The notes below the pieces were generated by a model, which made no database searches, was not told where the DNA came from, and was given only the letters and a program-made list of their open reading frames with translations. Source: Octopus bimaculoides (Eukaryota). From it: DNA of 64,000 nt. Position 1 is the stretch's first letter. The number at the start of each line of letters is the position of its first letter. Below, piece after piece: positions 13,361-27,704 of this stretch. Both the position numbers and the translations under genes were made by a program. The stretch lies in the NCBI RefSeq assembly GCF_001194135.2, contig NC_068984.1, forward strand, positions 486,024 to 550,023, given 5' to 3'.

Positions 13361-13413
<53 letters not shown>

Positions 13414-13561
13414 GCTATCTATCTATCTATCTATCTAGATAGATATAAATATGTATAAATTTTGGTATATATATTTATGTGCGTTTATATGTAAAGCTAT
13501 ATATGTATCAAAACAGTCAAACATTAAATTGAATACTTAACACTTCGCACTCACACCCAAG

Positions 13562-13615
<54 letters not shown>

Positions 13616-15130
13616 AGCGGCGCGCGCATGGTATAGTATAATATTGTATAATAAAAGTTGGATAGGCGGCTGTTAATGAGATCAAAGTATTTATAAATTC
13701 GTTATACAGAAGCAAGTATAAATATAATTATGAAGAAAAACTGAAAAAGATTAAAAAAAAAAAACACCCGGAAAACGGAAGTTCATAGGAGTTGTTCATA
13801 GATCGGTAGATATCCGGAAAGTTCATAGTTTAATATCGAAGTGTAAAGAGAGAAGAATTTGCGTTACAGCTTTGCTGAAATTAGGTGGTCTCCGTAAATA
13901 CGGTAGCGTGTGCGTCGAGCGTAAAATATTCATGAAAGAAATTGATGCCAGCAAATGTATTTAAAATAACACAAATTTTAAATTATGGTATCACCTACCT
14001 CATCATCAGAAGGGAATATTTCCTTCCGATAATGATGTAGGTGATACTATATGCTTTTTATATATATATATATATATTTATTTATAAGAATTCAACTTAT
14101 AAACAAAACGATGGTTTCTAACAAAGAATAAATAGCTTCTGCAGTTGAAATTTAAAAAAAAAATTAAAAAACCCAACAATAATTGTTACATATTGAATTC
14201 TAAGAACTTGTTGCATGTTTTTACTGTTCTACTTACAGATGTAATCTCAAAAGTGCCTGTTAACTGGTCACTTGTTTTTTCCTTCAAAATCTTAGCATTT
14301 CCAGATTGTTATTTACATATTTACTAATAGAACCAAATGCACCGATAATTATTAGGATTAAATGTATGTATATATGTGTATATATGTATGTGAGTGTAAG
14401 TTTGTGTGTGCGAGTGAGTGTATGCCTGTATATATGTATGGCTATTTACATGTGTATATACCTATGTTGTGCGTGCGGGTATATATGTGTATGTTTGAAT
14501 GATTCATTCTAAGAACAATATATAGGCAATATACACCCGCTGTTTGTATACACAGTGCACTCACATATATACGCTTTTAATCAGTATATCACACCAGCGA
14601 GGGAGATTAACAGATTTATATATCCTAATACACCTTCTGATTGTGTATGCATGTACACATGTATGTTCATATACATGTGTGTATGTATATATGCCTACAT
14701 GTATGCGTGTGTGTATGTTTGTATACATGTATGACGTATGTATGCTTTTGTGCATTTCTATGTATGTGTATATAGCCATGTGTATATGAATATGCATGCA
14801 ATACGTACATGAACTATACGTATGCACTGTGTATGCATGTATGTCGATATTTCTCTCTCTGTCTCTCTGGGTCTCTCTCTCTGGGTCTCTCTCTCTCCCT
14901 CTATCTATCTAACAGTCAACTTTCACAAGGAAAAGATTAATAGTCATATATATATATACATATATGCATACACATACACATAAACAAATAAATGAAGGAG
15001 TTCGTTCCAGGAATTCGAACATGGAACGTAAGAAACATGTGAATTGTGGAAACGCGCGTGGCGATGCATTAATATATTTATAAATTCCATCTATGAATTA
15101 TTATTATTATTATTATTTCTGCATACATAC

Positions 15131-15600
15131 GCAGGCGTAGCTGTGTGGTAAGGAGCTTGCTTTCCAACAACATGAGTTCAAGTTCAGTTCCAGTGCGTGG
15201 CACCGAAGTGTTTCAAATGCGGTGTCTTCGTCGGATCCTTGGTGTCTCTCTACGTGACCAAATCTCAAGCAACAACATCCGAGAACAACGCCAGCAGCAG
15301 CCGACCATTGAAGACCAAGTCTGGCTAGAGAGGTTAGCCTCGTCTGCAGGATGAACACCAGAAGACTATCACATCAGCTTTTGTGGAGAGAGGCGACTCA
15401 CGCACTGGAGAATCCAGCACAGCGCACCAAAGAAGACATGGGTGGAACAAACTTAGAAAGATCTGTATTCGGTGCGCCTCGACCTCAAGCATGCTAAGGC
15501 AAGCGGTATGGATTGGAAAGCGTGGAATAAGATCATCACCTGAGTCCGTCCCCCAGCGGCACTCACAACAGCGTTTTGCCTGAGAGGAAATCTCCCATCT
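15131..15600 (+). mobile_element. SINE head (15131-15204) joined to RTE-clade LINE 3' end (15205-~15600)
   Basis: Head matches the family A SINE at 60035. The downstream part reads EVFQMRCLRRILGVSLRDQISSNNIRE, an RTE C-terminal motif. Confidence 0.75.
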
Positions 15601-15648
15601 CTGATCGTAAGCTAGGGATTTTATTTACATATGTGTTTATGTGTGTGG

Positions 15649-15722
<74 letters not shown>

Positions 15723-17075
15723 ATGTGCGTGTGTCTGTACAAGTGTGTACGTGTGTGTGTGTACGTGTGTGTGTGTACGTGTGTAACTTATATATCTTAG
15801 ATATGTTTCAGCTATGTCTGACTTAATAGAGCCACCTGATAGGATTTGTTGAGTCATTTTAAAGACAAGTTTTAAGGGATCATGGCTTATTCAAGTAGGA
15901 TGCTGTTGTTGACTGAGATGCAACCAGAAATATGTGGCTTATCTGGTATCCCTTGAAGAAATTTGTCCGAACACCAACTCATCCCTGATGGAGCCGACCT
16001 ATTATCAAAGATGTTGCAGCTGTGACAGATGATTTCTTCCTTGAAACACTCCATTCTCTGCTTTATTATCCAATGCACCATTCCTCTCTTGGTGTGATTC
16101 GAGGTAGATTTAGCTGTTAGCTTTAGAAAGTCAAACTATCTCATAGAAGGACACACGTAGGCACGAAAGAACAAATGTGAAACAATAATTTTTCTAAGAC
16201 GGTAGGGTGAGATTGGAAGTAGAATTGGCTGCTTGTTTTAGCAGGTTAAACTACCACACCAAGGACCTCCTCGTTGGCACGAATTTATAAGTTCTTCGCA
16301 ATCGTTAATAAACAGTCAAATGGAAATCTTTGAAAGAAATGGCTAGGCTTAACTTTGGACTGAGACAGTTGTGATCTGAGTTGATATTTTCCCGTGGCCT
16401 GATTGCGTTTTTATTTTTATCTCTAACGGTAGTAGATAGGGTAATGTCACGCACATAATGCGATCGCTTATACTTTCTCTTCGCCTCTTCTCTTCCTGTT
16501 TTTTTAGTATTTAGCTCGTGCTTGAGGAATGAATCAAGATTTATCTACTACAACTGTTGCTGCTTGTATGTGTGTACGCGCGTGTGTGTGTATGTGTGAT
16601 AAGTATGTTTATTTGTCAGAGGTTTCTTCATCAAGTGCATCTGTCAGCCAATGATTATTAACTTGAGGGGAATGCATATCGACGTCTCAATCATGTTCAA
16701 GTTATCGCTTTAGCACTGTAATTCATCGATCTAGTCATCGATTACACACGTTTGCCATTGCCGACAGCACTCTTCTGTAAATTCTACAGATTTGCAATGA
16801 AAGAGGAAAAAGGTTGGCTGCGAGTTCGAAGTTCCAGATCCTTCGATCTGTCGACCCAAAACATATTGAATCGATCAATGGAGAATTTCAACAATCCCTT
16901 GGCACCAAATTTATTCTTTATTTTAGAGGTGATGTTTAGTTCTATGAAATATGCAGTTCTACTGAATCCAAGTGTGGTGTGTACGTGAAGGTGTGTGTGT
17001 ATGTGTGTGTGTGTGTGTGTGAATATGCGCGCGTGTATGTATGTGTGTATATATGTGTATCTCTGTATGTGTAGT

Positions 17076-17212
17076 GAAGGGCGTAGGCTAGTGATTAGGG
17101 TATTCGGTCATGATCGTAAGGTAGTGAGTTCGATTCCTGGCGGCGTGTTGTGTCTTTGAGGAAGACACTTTATTTCACGTTACTCCAGCCCATTCAGCTG
17201 ACTAAAGTGAGT
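17076..17212 (+). mobile_element. tRNA-derived SINE 5' part (family C)
   Basis: GGCGTAGGCTAGTGATTAGGG..GTGAGTTCGATTCC..GAAGACACTTTATTTCACGTTACTCCAG. Confidence 0.7.
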
Positions 17213-17218
17213 CGTATG

Positions 17219-17257
<39 letters not shown>

Positions 17258-17444
17258 ATGTGTGCGTATACACCTGCATATGTATATGCATGTATCAATG
17301 CTCACAGAAGCCAGGCCCCTTTATTGGAATTGGGTAAACATTTACTATGTGGCTATACACACACACGCACGCACACACACATACACACACACACGCTCTA
17401 CTAGCAGCAACTCATTGAATTTCTCATGTATTCCTGTTGAATAT

Positions 17445-17727
17445 TTAAACCAGAAATTAGGGACCTTGTCGTGCCCGAGTGCCTTCCAGTTGCTTAGTTT
17501 TTGAAGTGCCTGGGTAACCTCTTCCTTTGTTATAGGAGTCCAAAGTTGTGTTTGTTATTTTGATAGATCTTTTCTAGGGTTGTTCCTTCGCCTACCATAT
17601 TTCTTTCCAAAATTCTTCCACTTCATCTGCTGTTAGTGCTGATTTTATTTTTGCCAAATTCTTGGTAGAACCTTTTGAGGTCGGAGTTGAACTGTTTGTT
17701 TTGTTCAAAGAAACGTTGGCGTTTCTC
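17445..17727 (-). mobile_element. RLE LINE fragment, pre-RT region
   Basis: QNKQFNSDLKRFYQEFG..TADEVEEFWKEIW..TKEEVTQALQKLSNWKALGHDKVPNFW (frameshifted). Confidence 0.7.
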
Positions 17728-17789
17728 AATAATAATAATAATAATCATAATCATAATAATAATAATAATAATAACAACAGCAACAATGT

Positions 17790-18335
17790 AACAACCCACA
17801 AACGATTTAAGAAACAACCGGAAAATGAAAGTGATGCAAGGTCAACGCATCAGAGAAACGGAAGGAAAAGACAAAATCCACAAGTGGAGGTCACAAAGAA
17901 AAAATGATGCATTGAGGCAGTAATACACAGCGCATAGAAACGACCTCTGAGAACTAATTACACTAAGTTCCAAATAAATAAGAGTAGTGATTCGCCCCTT
18001 GCTAAGATTATGTGGCAGCAAAAACGAGACAATCTCACCTATTGCGAGTGAGTGTAGCAAACTGGCCCAAAATGAATACAAAAGGAAACATGATAACGTA
18101 ACAATCGTAAATTGAAAAATAGAATCTACTAAAAGATGAAGTTACAACACGAATGTGAGCAATGAAGGGAGTAACCGTCAATGGCAGTCGTTGTAGGAAC
18201 ACTGAGAACATTAACAACCAGGTTTGAGAAAATTGTGGGTGAAATTGGGATTTATATGAGGGTAGAACACGCTCAGAAAACTGCTTAATTGGGTTCAGAA
18301 AGGATTTTGAGATTGCTACTAAGTACTGTGGGAAG
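17790..18335 (+). mobile_element. RLE LINE 3' fragment, internally deleted
   Basis: LRTNYTKFQINKSSDSPLLRLCGSKNETISPIASECSKLAQNEYKRKHDNV, then VVVGTL..RVEHAQKTA; starts just after the (AAT)n run at 17728-17775. Confidence 0.7.
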
Positions 18336-18908
18336 AGAGCCTGTGAGATCTTTGACAAAAGGTTAATGTCTGCTTTTATAGAATTAATTAGAGCAATTAA
18401 AGCCAAGAGCTCTGAGGAATGAAATGGAAATAATGATAATGATCTTGATTCTGATCATCAGTATATCTTTTGAAAAGAGGGCAAGTGTATCTATGAGAAA
18501 AGTTGGGCTATGGGCAGACAATCAATGAAACACTCGTCAAATTTTAGAGTGCTACCACTGCTTACAGGGTAATGTATTATACCACGATGCTGTGCCTACT
18601 TGCTGATAGATAAACTGACTCACAAAGAGTCAAGTGTCTTGAAACAATCTGGAAACAATGTAGTACCGTCAGTAAGATTCGAACTATCGTCTCTTCGACT
18701 AGTTAATCGTTACACTATCAAATGTGTGGCTGTAGAAATTAGATGCCAGTCAGATAAAGAAGGCGATAGAATCAAGTTAAATGTAGCGAATCGTAATTGG
18801 ATGACTTTTAAAATGAAGAATGTCCTAAGGTTATTGTTATCTCTTCATCTGGATTACAGCGACAATGGAGTTCCCATAGCTGAATGGGAATAATAACTCA
18901 CCTTACGT

Positions 18909-18945
<37 letters not shown>

Positions 18946-20051
18946 CACATTTATATACACATACACACATACATACAATCAGACAATACCCGTATCTTCC
19001 CTTTAATCTTTTCATGCGCGAGATTCTCTTATCTCTGTTATCTAACATTATTTTAATTCAATCATTTCTCATGGTGGCATAGCTTTAGAAGTTCGAATCG
19101 AAATCTTTTGCTTCCACGTTCGATCTCACTCCACGGCAGTTGTGTGGAAATATTTTCTCCCATAATATCCAAACCATTGTGAGTAAAATTTGGTAAAGGA
19201 AACTGTGTGGAAGCTCATCTGATAGATTTTTACCATTTTGGCGGGTGTTGGATTTATTTAGTCGCCCAATTTAACATCATCACCTGGACTTTGGGTAACC
19301 TTTGTGAAACTGACTTTCCTAATATTGCATCCAAATTTTTGCTCTGTGAATAATTTAAGAACTGTGGTGGTTTCCCCCAGCTCTAAGGAATCCGCATCGG
19401 TATTTCCCCCTCCCTTCTGACTAAATCATACGAAATCCACGTGGTTGTAAAGTTTCGAAAGTACAGTGAGACGAACTCGAAAACTCAGTTTCACAAACTG
19501 GCTACAAAAATTCACTTCCTTTACATTGGAACAATCTTTGGTAACAACATGAATATGTCATCTTCCCAATCTTTACCGGAATTCAGAAATAAGTTCACTC
19601 TCGAGAAACCAGTTTCAATTTCCATTTAACGGTATTCAACTTGGTGATAATCTCCGCCATCCGAAAACTGTATGGAAGCCTGTTACTTTAAAAGACTTTC
19701 ATATGGTTTCCATCTACCAAATTCTTTCACAAGGCTTTAGTTGACCCCTTGGGCATGGTAGGAGACACCTGATGTGCTACTCTATGAGAGCGAACGACAC
19801 AGTCGCTAGACGAGCTTCTTAACACCAGAACCATGCCTATCATGATTTAGGATTGAGATTAGAAATAACCTACCAAGCACTGACAGTCGTCATTATTCCT
19901 ACGTAACTGAGCATCATAATTAATATAGTTAATTATAGTAATCACTATAATTAATAACAGTAATAATTATGATTTATAACTAATTTTTGTAATTAATAAT
20001 AGCAATCGTTATTTTAATTTAATCGATATTCTTCTTTTGATTGCATTTTGT

Positions 20052-20102
<51 letters not shown>

Positions 20103-20463
20103 CAGTTTGTTTAAATAGTTAATGCAAACACTAAATTAATTTAAATACTAGTCGCTTCTTTAAACCGTCACGGATTAAGATCTCCATTCAATGGAGCACT
20201 TCTTTAGCCTGTCTGTCTGTCTGTCTCTCTCTCCCTCCCTCCCTCTCTTTCTCTCTCTCTGTCTTTCTTTTTAGTTGTACCAGGTTAAGTCAAAAGATAT
20301 CTTTCCTTTGGATTTTCAGGGATGATTTTTTGCGGCAACTTGTATCTCCACGTTTTATCATTAATTTGGTACAACTTGTCCAAGTTGCTGAAATATATAT
20401 CTTTTATTTTCTCAATCAACATATAAACATTAATTGTTTATTCTTTATTTTAAAACCTTGATA

Positions 20464-21170
20464 ATGAGTGGTGAAAACTTGCTAAGTTATTTTACACTAC
20501 CCATGGAAAAAAGGGCAGCGACAAAAGAAATTATATGGAAGAAACATGTGACGCTAAACTGGTTCAGACATTTCAAAGATGGTGACACCAGCTTCGAAGA
20601 CAAACCAAGCTCAGGGAGAGATTCCGTTGTGAAAGATGAGGCCTTGCTTGAAATGGTTGAACAATATCCATGCACAAGTACATTGTTGGCAAAACATGAT
20701 CCTTCACAAAGTGCCATCGATTTACACCTTCATATGCTTGGCCCTGTGAACAGATGCTGTTGAGGAGTTCCTCACGAACTGACCAATGACCAGGTTCAAC
20801 GACGTGAGATGACCGTGTTTGGCGTTGAATTGTAACTGGTGATGAAAAAGAGATCTATTTTCATAATTCTAATGAGAAAAATCAATGACTTCATATCATC
20901 TAGAATTCAGAATCTTGCCAAACAAGGGTAGTTTGAACAGGTCATGTTGTGTGTTTGGTGGCATTTCAAGGGGGTGTTGCACATTGATCTAGTCCCAACT
21001 GGTCACGCTGTGAACGCTAACCTTTTATGCTCAACAATTGTAGCGAGCATATGATGCTTTGAAAGCCTGCTGCCCAGCATTGATCGATCGAAGACGTGCA
21101 CTCCTACAGCATGAAAATGCCCCAGCACACACTGCCAATGTGATCGAGCAAAAACTTGAGGATTTTGAGG
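20464..21170 (+). mobile_element. mariner-family transposase pseudogene
   Basis: NWFRHFKDGDTSFEDKPSSGR (HTH linker), VPHELT, IVTGDEK (first catalytic D), VMLCVWW and LLQHENAPAHTA; multiple stops. Confidence 0.85.
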
Positions 21171-22169
21171 TACATAGCTACATACATATAGGCAAGACAT
21201 AATTATATATACAAATGCATATATTTGTATGCACGCACAAACACGCACACGTACAAAATCTCCTGGCGTATTCTTATACAAGTTAGTTGTTACAGGTGAA
21301 AAAAAGAGAAGGAAAGAATCAGAAAATAGTAAGTAGGGTGGGGGAGGAAGAAAACAGTGGAAAAGAAGAAAAAGAAATAGAAGAAAGAGAAACAGAGAGA
21401 GAAAGCGAATAAATAGATAAGGGTAGAGAGTGTTACATGATGGCGTTCGAAAAGTATCTAAAGACGATTACGTACTTCGTTTAGCTTGCGAAACGAACAC
21501 ATACAAACGCACACATAAGATTACATGTATATCCACATAAATACAAACATACATACAAATATACACACCTATAGATGCGCATACAAATATACAAAAAATA
21601 TGTACGCAAATACATGCCCACATATATAAAAGTACATACGCATATACATACACATTTATGTATATATATATATATATATATANNNNNNNNNNNNNNNNNN
21701 NNNNNNNNNNNNNNNNNNNNNNNNNNNNNNNNNNNNNNNNNNNNNNNNNNNNNNNNNNNNNNNNNNNNNNNNNNNNNNNNNNCACACACACACACACACA
21801 CACATATATGTATATACATACCTACAATACATACACAAATATATAGAGACATATCTTCCCATCAAGATAAATATATACATCATAACGTATATACGCAAAC
21901 AAATAAAAAAAACTGTCTGGTGTATTTAATATTAAAATGTTAAAATAAGGAAATTGCACATTAATTTGATATAACATAATTAAATACGTGTGTAAACAAT
22001 AAAAATAAATCTCGTTGAAGTTTAAGCTTAAATGTGTAAAACAGTCGAAAAAGGCTTTCTTAAAAGTGTAGTCGAAATATGCCCAGCATTGCAATGCAAA
22101 ATAACTATAATGTGTAAAGGCAAATTCAAATGCGGCAGTCAAAATTTTCCGAAAGTCAAAACATTTTAC

Positions 22170-23395
22170 CCGTACGGTATTTTGTCGATTGACATTTTAA
22201 ACTTCGCTGTGTTCCTGCAGGAATTTAAGAGCTCGTGTCTCTGGTTCATAACATTTTTATCCTGGAACAGGATGAAGAATTTTTCTGAGGGGCAAAGATT
22301 ACATTTCATAGGTCTTTTATAAGCTCCATTTCTGTATGCTGATGCATTTTCTAGAATCTCCCAGGTGACATTGAATGGACGGGTGCCATTCTCTTCTAAT
22401 TCCTAGACATGTTTTGCAAGACTAGTCGCTGTCCTATTCTCGGAGTGTCGGAAAGAATTTCGGTGGCGATAGAATCGAGTTTTGAATGAATTTTCCGAAA
22501 CTCCTGTGCATGTTTTATATTCTTGTGAACTATTTACTTGCACTTTGATTCTATAAACAATTCCTTTTTCAAGACATTTACCTTCCAACGGACAACAAGT
22601 CTCATCTTTGAAGTTGCAGTTCCTCAGATTAGATTCGGCACTGTAGTTGTCTGTAATAATTTTTATGTTATGCTGGCTAATAAAAGAGGCAAAGCTTTTG
22701 CAACAAGAATAGCTAACCTTCAGTGTTCTCCTATTAAATATTCTATAGAACTTATGGTTAGATTGAAAATGCTTAGAAACTAGATTTTGAGAATTCCCTA
22801 CCCATATTAGTTTTTACGGCAATATTAAATGTGGGGTTAAACCACAAAACTTTCTTAGTTCTAGTTCTACGTGGTCTATTATTATTAGAATTAACTTGAC
22901 TATACTGGATCTTCTCCGAGGATCCACTTTTACTTAATGCATTGTTGTAATACGGCGCAGCATTTTGAAATGCTGTCTCGTCTGAAGAAATTAATGATGT
23001 TTACCTTCCTACATTACTAATTAGGTTCTTAAGAATTACGGATGGATGATTAGATTCTTTGCTAATATAACATAGCTTTTCATTGGGCGTACGGTAGGGT
23101 TTAAATTTATCTAATTGTAAATCTAAGTTGATATCTAAAAAAATCTACATTATTAAGGTACTTTCTATCGTAATCCGTTAGCCCATTCTTTGGCAGAAAT
23201 TAACCAAATTCTTCCTAAGTTTCTCGAGCTCATGGCCGTTTAAATTATGGGTGGCTATAAGACTGTCATCCCTGTATAATCCTGCATCTATAAAAGGGAA
23301 TTCTAGATGTAGATTATGCAAAATATAAATTCTTACAAGCATACGTAACCTTTGGTATTCGAATACTATTTTGTCCACCTTGTTTTGCATTTATG
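22170..23395 (-). mobile_element. Penelope-like retroelement, RT C-half plus GIY-YIG
   Basis: GLYRDD RT motif (ORF 23178-23390), CLEKGIVY..GVSENSFKTRFYRHRNSFRH..ATSLAKHV (ORF 22403-22588) and CNLCPSEKFFIL..ELLNSC. Confidence 0.88.
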
Positions 23396-23558
23396 TGCTT
23401 ACTCTGGTATATATATATATATATATATNNNNNNNNNNNNNNNNNNNNNNNNNNNNNNNNNNNNNNNNNNNNNNNNNNNNNNNNNNNNNNNNNNNNNNNN
23501 NNNNNNNNNNNNNNNNNNNNNNNNNNNNNNNNNNNNNNNNNNNNNNNNNNNNNNNNNN

Positions 23559-23591
<33 letters not shown>

Positions 23592-25414
23592 AATAAAATG
23601 AGACAACAAAGCCAAGGCAGTGTGAAATTTCTAGGACATTTATAAAGAGAAAGGTAATCTTACAGCTGTTTCAGGGATATGGGGTATATCCCATCATCAG
23701 AGACGATATGAGAAAGCTAAATAGAAGGAAATAGTGGAGTTCATTATATAAGAAGTTATCTTGGAAAGGGAGAGATATAGGAAGAATAAAGGGAAATAAG
23801 AGAATAAAAATATATGTTGGATGTTACAGTTGCATTTCAATAGCCCTACACAGTACTTTCCTTGGATAATGGAACTGCAGCTGTAACACCCAACATATAT
23901 TTTTATTTTTATTCGCTTATTCTCATTTATTCTTCCTATATCTTTCCCTTTCCAAAATAATTCCTGAAACAGCTGTAAAACTACCTTTCTCTTCACAAAT
24001 GTCCCGAGAGATTTGACATTGCCTTGGCATTGTTGTCTCATTTTATTTCATTTATTATGCATGCTCACACACGACCCGCATTAGACTCCTCACGCATACT
24101 ATTATTGAACCTTCCGTGGCGTTTACATAATTTTAGCTGCCATTTTGGGTCTTTTAAATACCAAAACCTCTTATATATATACATCTGTCAGACGGGACCT
24201 TGATGACCGCTATTAACCAGGAAAGTATACTAGTCCTTATATATATTTAATACTCAATATTTCATATATTCAATAAGACATTCAATACTTAATTTCATTT
24301 TACTATTTATATTATATATTCCATATTCTATATCCCACATTAATTTTATAAGAATATAAATAAAACATAAAAAACAGAGTTGGAACTCTTTTAAATAATA
24401 TATTCCTCTATACACTATCATACAAACACCTTCTTTATTTTTTTTATTATATATATATATATNNNNNNNNNNNNNNNNNNNNNNNNNNNNNNNNNNNNNN
24501 NNNNNNNNNNNNNNNNNNNNNNNNNNNNNNNNNNNNNNNNNNNNNNNNNNNNNNNNNNNNNNNNNNNNNNNNNNNNNNNNNNNNNNNNNNNNNNNNNNNN
24601 NNNNNNNNNNNNNNNNNNNNNNNNNNNNNNNNNNNNNNNNNNNNNNNNNNNNNNNNNNNNNNNNNNNNNNNNNNNNNNNNNNNNNNNNNNNNNNNNNNNN
24701 NNNNNNNNNNNNNNNNNNNNNNNNNNNNNNNNNNNNNNNNNNNNNNNNNNNNNNNNNNNNNNNNNNNNNNNNNNNNNNNNNNNNNNNNNNNNNNNNNNNN
24801 NNNNNNNNNNNNNNNNNNNNNNNNNNNNNNNNNNNNNNNNNNNNNNNNNNNNNNNNNNNNNNNNNNNNNNNNNNNNNNNNNNNNNNNNNNNNNNNNNNNN
24901 NNNNNNNNNNNNNNNNNNNNNNNNNNNNNNNNNNNNNNNNNNNNNNNNNNNNNNNNNNNNNNNNNNNNNNNNNNNNNNNNNNNNNNNNNNNNNNNNNNNN
25001 NNNNNNNNNNNNNNNNNNNNNNNNNNNNNNNNNNNNNNNNNNNNNNNNNNNNNNNNNNNNNNNNNNNNNNNNNNNNNNNNNNNNNNNNNNNNNNNNNNNN
25101 NNNNNNNNNNNNNNNNNNNNNNNNNNNNNNNNNNNNNNNNNNNNNNNNNNNNNNNNNNNNNNNNNNNNNNNNNNNNNNNNNNNNNNNNNNNNNNNNNNNN
25201 NNNNNNNNNNNNNNNNNNNNNNNNNNNNNNNNNNNNNNNNNNNNNNNNNNNNNNNNNNNNNNNNNNNNNNNNNNNNNNNNNNNNNNNNNNNNNNNNNNNN
25301 NNNNNNNNNNNNNNNNNNNNNNNNNNNNNNNNNNNNNNNNNNNNNNNNNNNNNNNNNNNNNNNNNNNNNNNNNNNNNNNNNNNNNNNNNNNNNNNNNNNN
25401 NNNNNNNNNNNNNN

Positions 25415-25826
25415 GATCCTTTCTAACAATTCGCGTAAGAGTCCGACGGCCCCTATCTGAAAGTTTTGGTTTTCTTCTGAAGTCTTATTTCGACGAGGAG
25501 GTTTACCCTCTTTCTCAAAGCCTGTCTTTACTTTCGAGACAGTACTTCTTGATACACCAAACATTTGGGCTGTTTTCGCGACGCTAGCGCCTGCCATACG
25601 AGCACCAGCAATTTGACCTCTTTGAAAGTCCGATAGATCTGTCATTTTAATGAATTTTAATTACCTTTTACTGATGATATCTGAAAAGAAACAGTAATTT
25701 TAGCAAACCGTATCAAGCAACACTAATAATAAATAAAAAAAAACAACAAAAATAAACAAGCTTTTGACGGTTTTATAGATATTTCAAAATTATGATGCTA
25801 GGTCTTTCCATTATTTTGTCCAATCC

Positions 25827-25829
<3 letters not shown>
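25415..25829 (-). mobile_element. Tc1-family transposon 5' end (TIR plus transposase N-terminus), truncated by gap
   Basis: TIR-like CAAGGATTGGACAAAATAATGGAAAGACC next to a (TA)n run; ORF MTDLSDFQRGQIAGARMAGASVAKTAQMFGVSRSTVSKV (paired-like HTH). Confidence 0.85.
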
Positions 25830-25868
<39 letters not shown>

Positions 25869-26029
25869 TATCTCTGTACATACATACATACACACACACA
25901 CAAACATATAATTGTAGATACGATAACAACTGCATATACTTTTGTGTGTGTTAACATGTATATGTATACCTAACATGTATGCTTGTACATGTGTATAAAT
26001 GTATACATAACATGTATACGTGTACAAAT

Positions 26030-26073
<44 letters not shown>

Positions 26074-26858
26074 NNNNNNNNNNNNNNNNNNNNNNNNNNN
26101 NNNNNNNNNNNNNNNNNNNNNNNNNNNNNNNNNNNNNNNNNNNNNNNNNNNNNNNNNNNNNNNNNNNNNNNNNNNNNNNNNNNNNNNNNNNNNNNNNNNN
26201 NNNNNNNNNNNNNNNNNNNNNNNNNNNNNNNNNNNNNNNNNNNNNNNNNNNNNNNNNNNNNNNNNNNNNNNNNNNNNNNNNNNNNNNNNNNNNNNNNNNN
26301 NNNNNNNNNNNNNNNNNNNNNNNNNNNNNNNNNNNNNNNNNNNNNNNNNNNNNNNNNNNNNNNNNNNNNNNNNNNNNNNNNNNNNNNNNNNNNNNNNNNN
26401 NNNNNNNNNNNNNNNNNNNNNNNNNNNNNNNNNNNNNNNNNNNNNNNNNNNNNNNNNNNNNNNNNNNNNNNNNNNNNNNNNNNNNNNNNNNNNNNNNNNN
26501 NNNNNNNNNNNNNNNNNNNNNNNNNNNNNNNNNNNNNNNNNNNNNNNNNNNNNNNNNNNNNNNNNNNNNNNNNNNNNNNNNNNNNNNNNNNNNNNNNNNN
26601 NNNNNNNNNNNNNNNNNNNNNNNNNNNNNNNNNNNNNNNNNNNNNNNNNNNNNNNNNNNNNNNNNNNACCTACGGAAATGAGTTACTCAAGTAATTGTAG
26701 GATGAAGTAAACTTGTAATTGCTACAAACATATTTTTCTTGTTAAAAGTGTTTAGTAGAGAGCTCAATAAAGTAAAGAAAATTGGATTTTAAGAAATATA
26801 CTGTGATATAAGTATATTCTAAGACATATACATATCTACTCTTGGAAATAAAATTAAG

Positions 26859-26898
<40 letters not shown>

Positions 26899-27661
26899 CA
26901 ATAGCCACACGATATTCTCTATAGTCATTTCGGTCTCCAATGTGTTTCTGGTAATTAATTATTCATAGAAAATGTATAGATATATGTTACCTTTTTAAAT
27001 AGCAAAGAGAGGCGTTGGAGAATTTTACTGTTTAATACACCCCAGAGTATATAGACACGCTGATAATAAATATATCGCTTAAGTTGTTTACAAAAGTACT
27101 CGGATCATAGAATTTTGCATAAAATGTAAATGAAAGAGTATGATAATGCGGAATCTTGAGCGCTCTATATTCGTCACTTTTTATATATCTCCGGTTATAA
27201 CATTAGGGTGTATATAAACAGAAAAATAAATTTTGGAGACTTCCTTTGTTATTTCAATAACATATCATGTGCATGTATACATTTTCATAAACACTTTACT
27301 ATAAGAAATTTAAAAAAAACGAACGTTTGGGACATTCCCCAAATATATTTGCCGGAGTGAATAGGACAGTAAACATCCAAAGTTATCCAACCTTAATATA
27401 AGATTATTCTAAAAACCTTCAGACAAAAGAAAGAGGCGAAAAACAACCAAGCATAACTTCCGACAGCCAACTTCATTTCACAGGCAGCATTGTCTATCAT
27501 ATATGAAGAACAGTCATACAAACCATGTGTACTAAATATCCACTACAAACATAGTCCAGAGCAGTTTGGTATAAGCCGCAGACTCTCCATATTACACTAC
27601 TTCTGAAAATCGGGAACTTTGAAACCGGTAAAATAATAAACTTTCTTCAAGTGTGTGTGTA

Positions 27662-27702
<41 letters not shown>

Positions 27703-27704
<2 letters not shown>

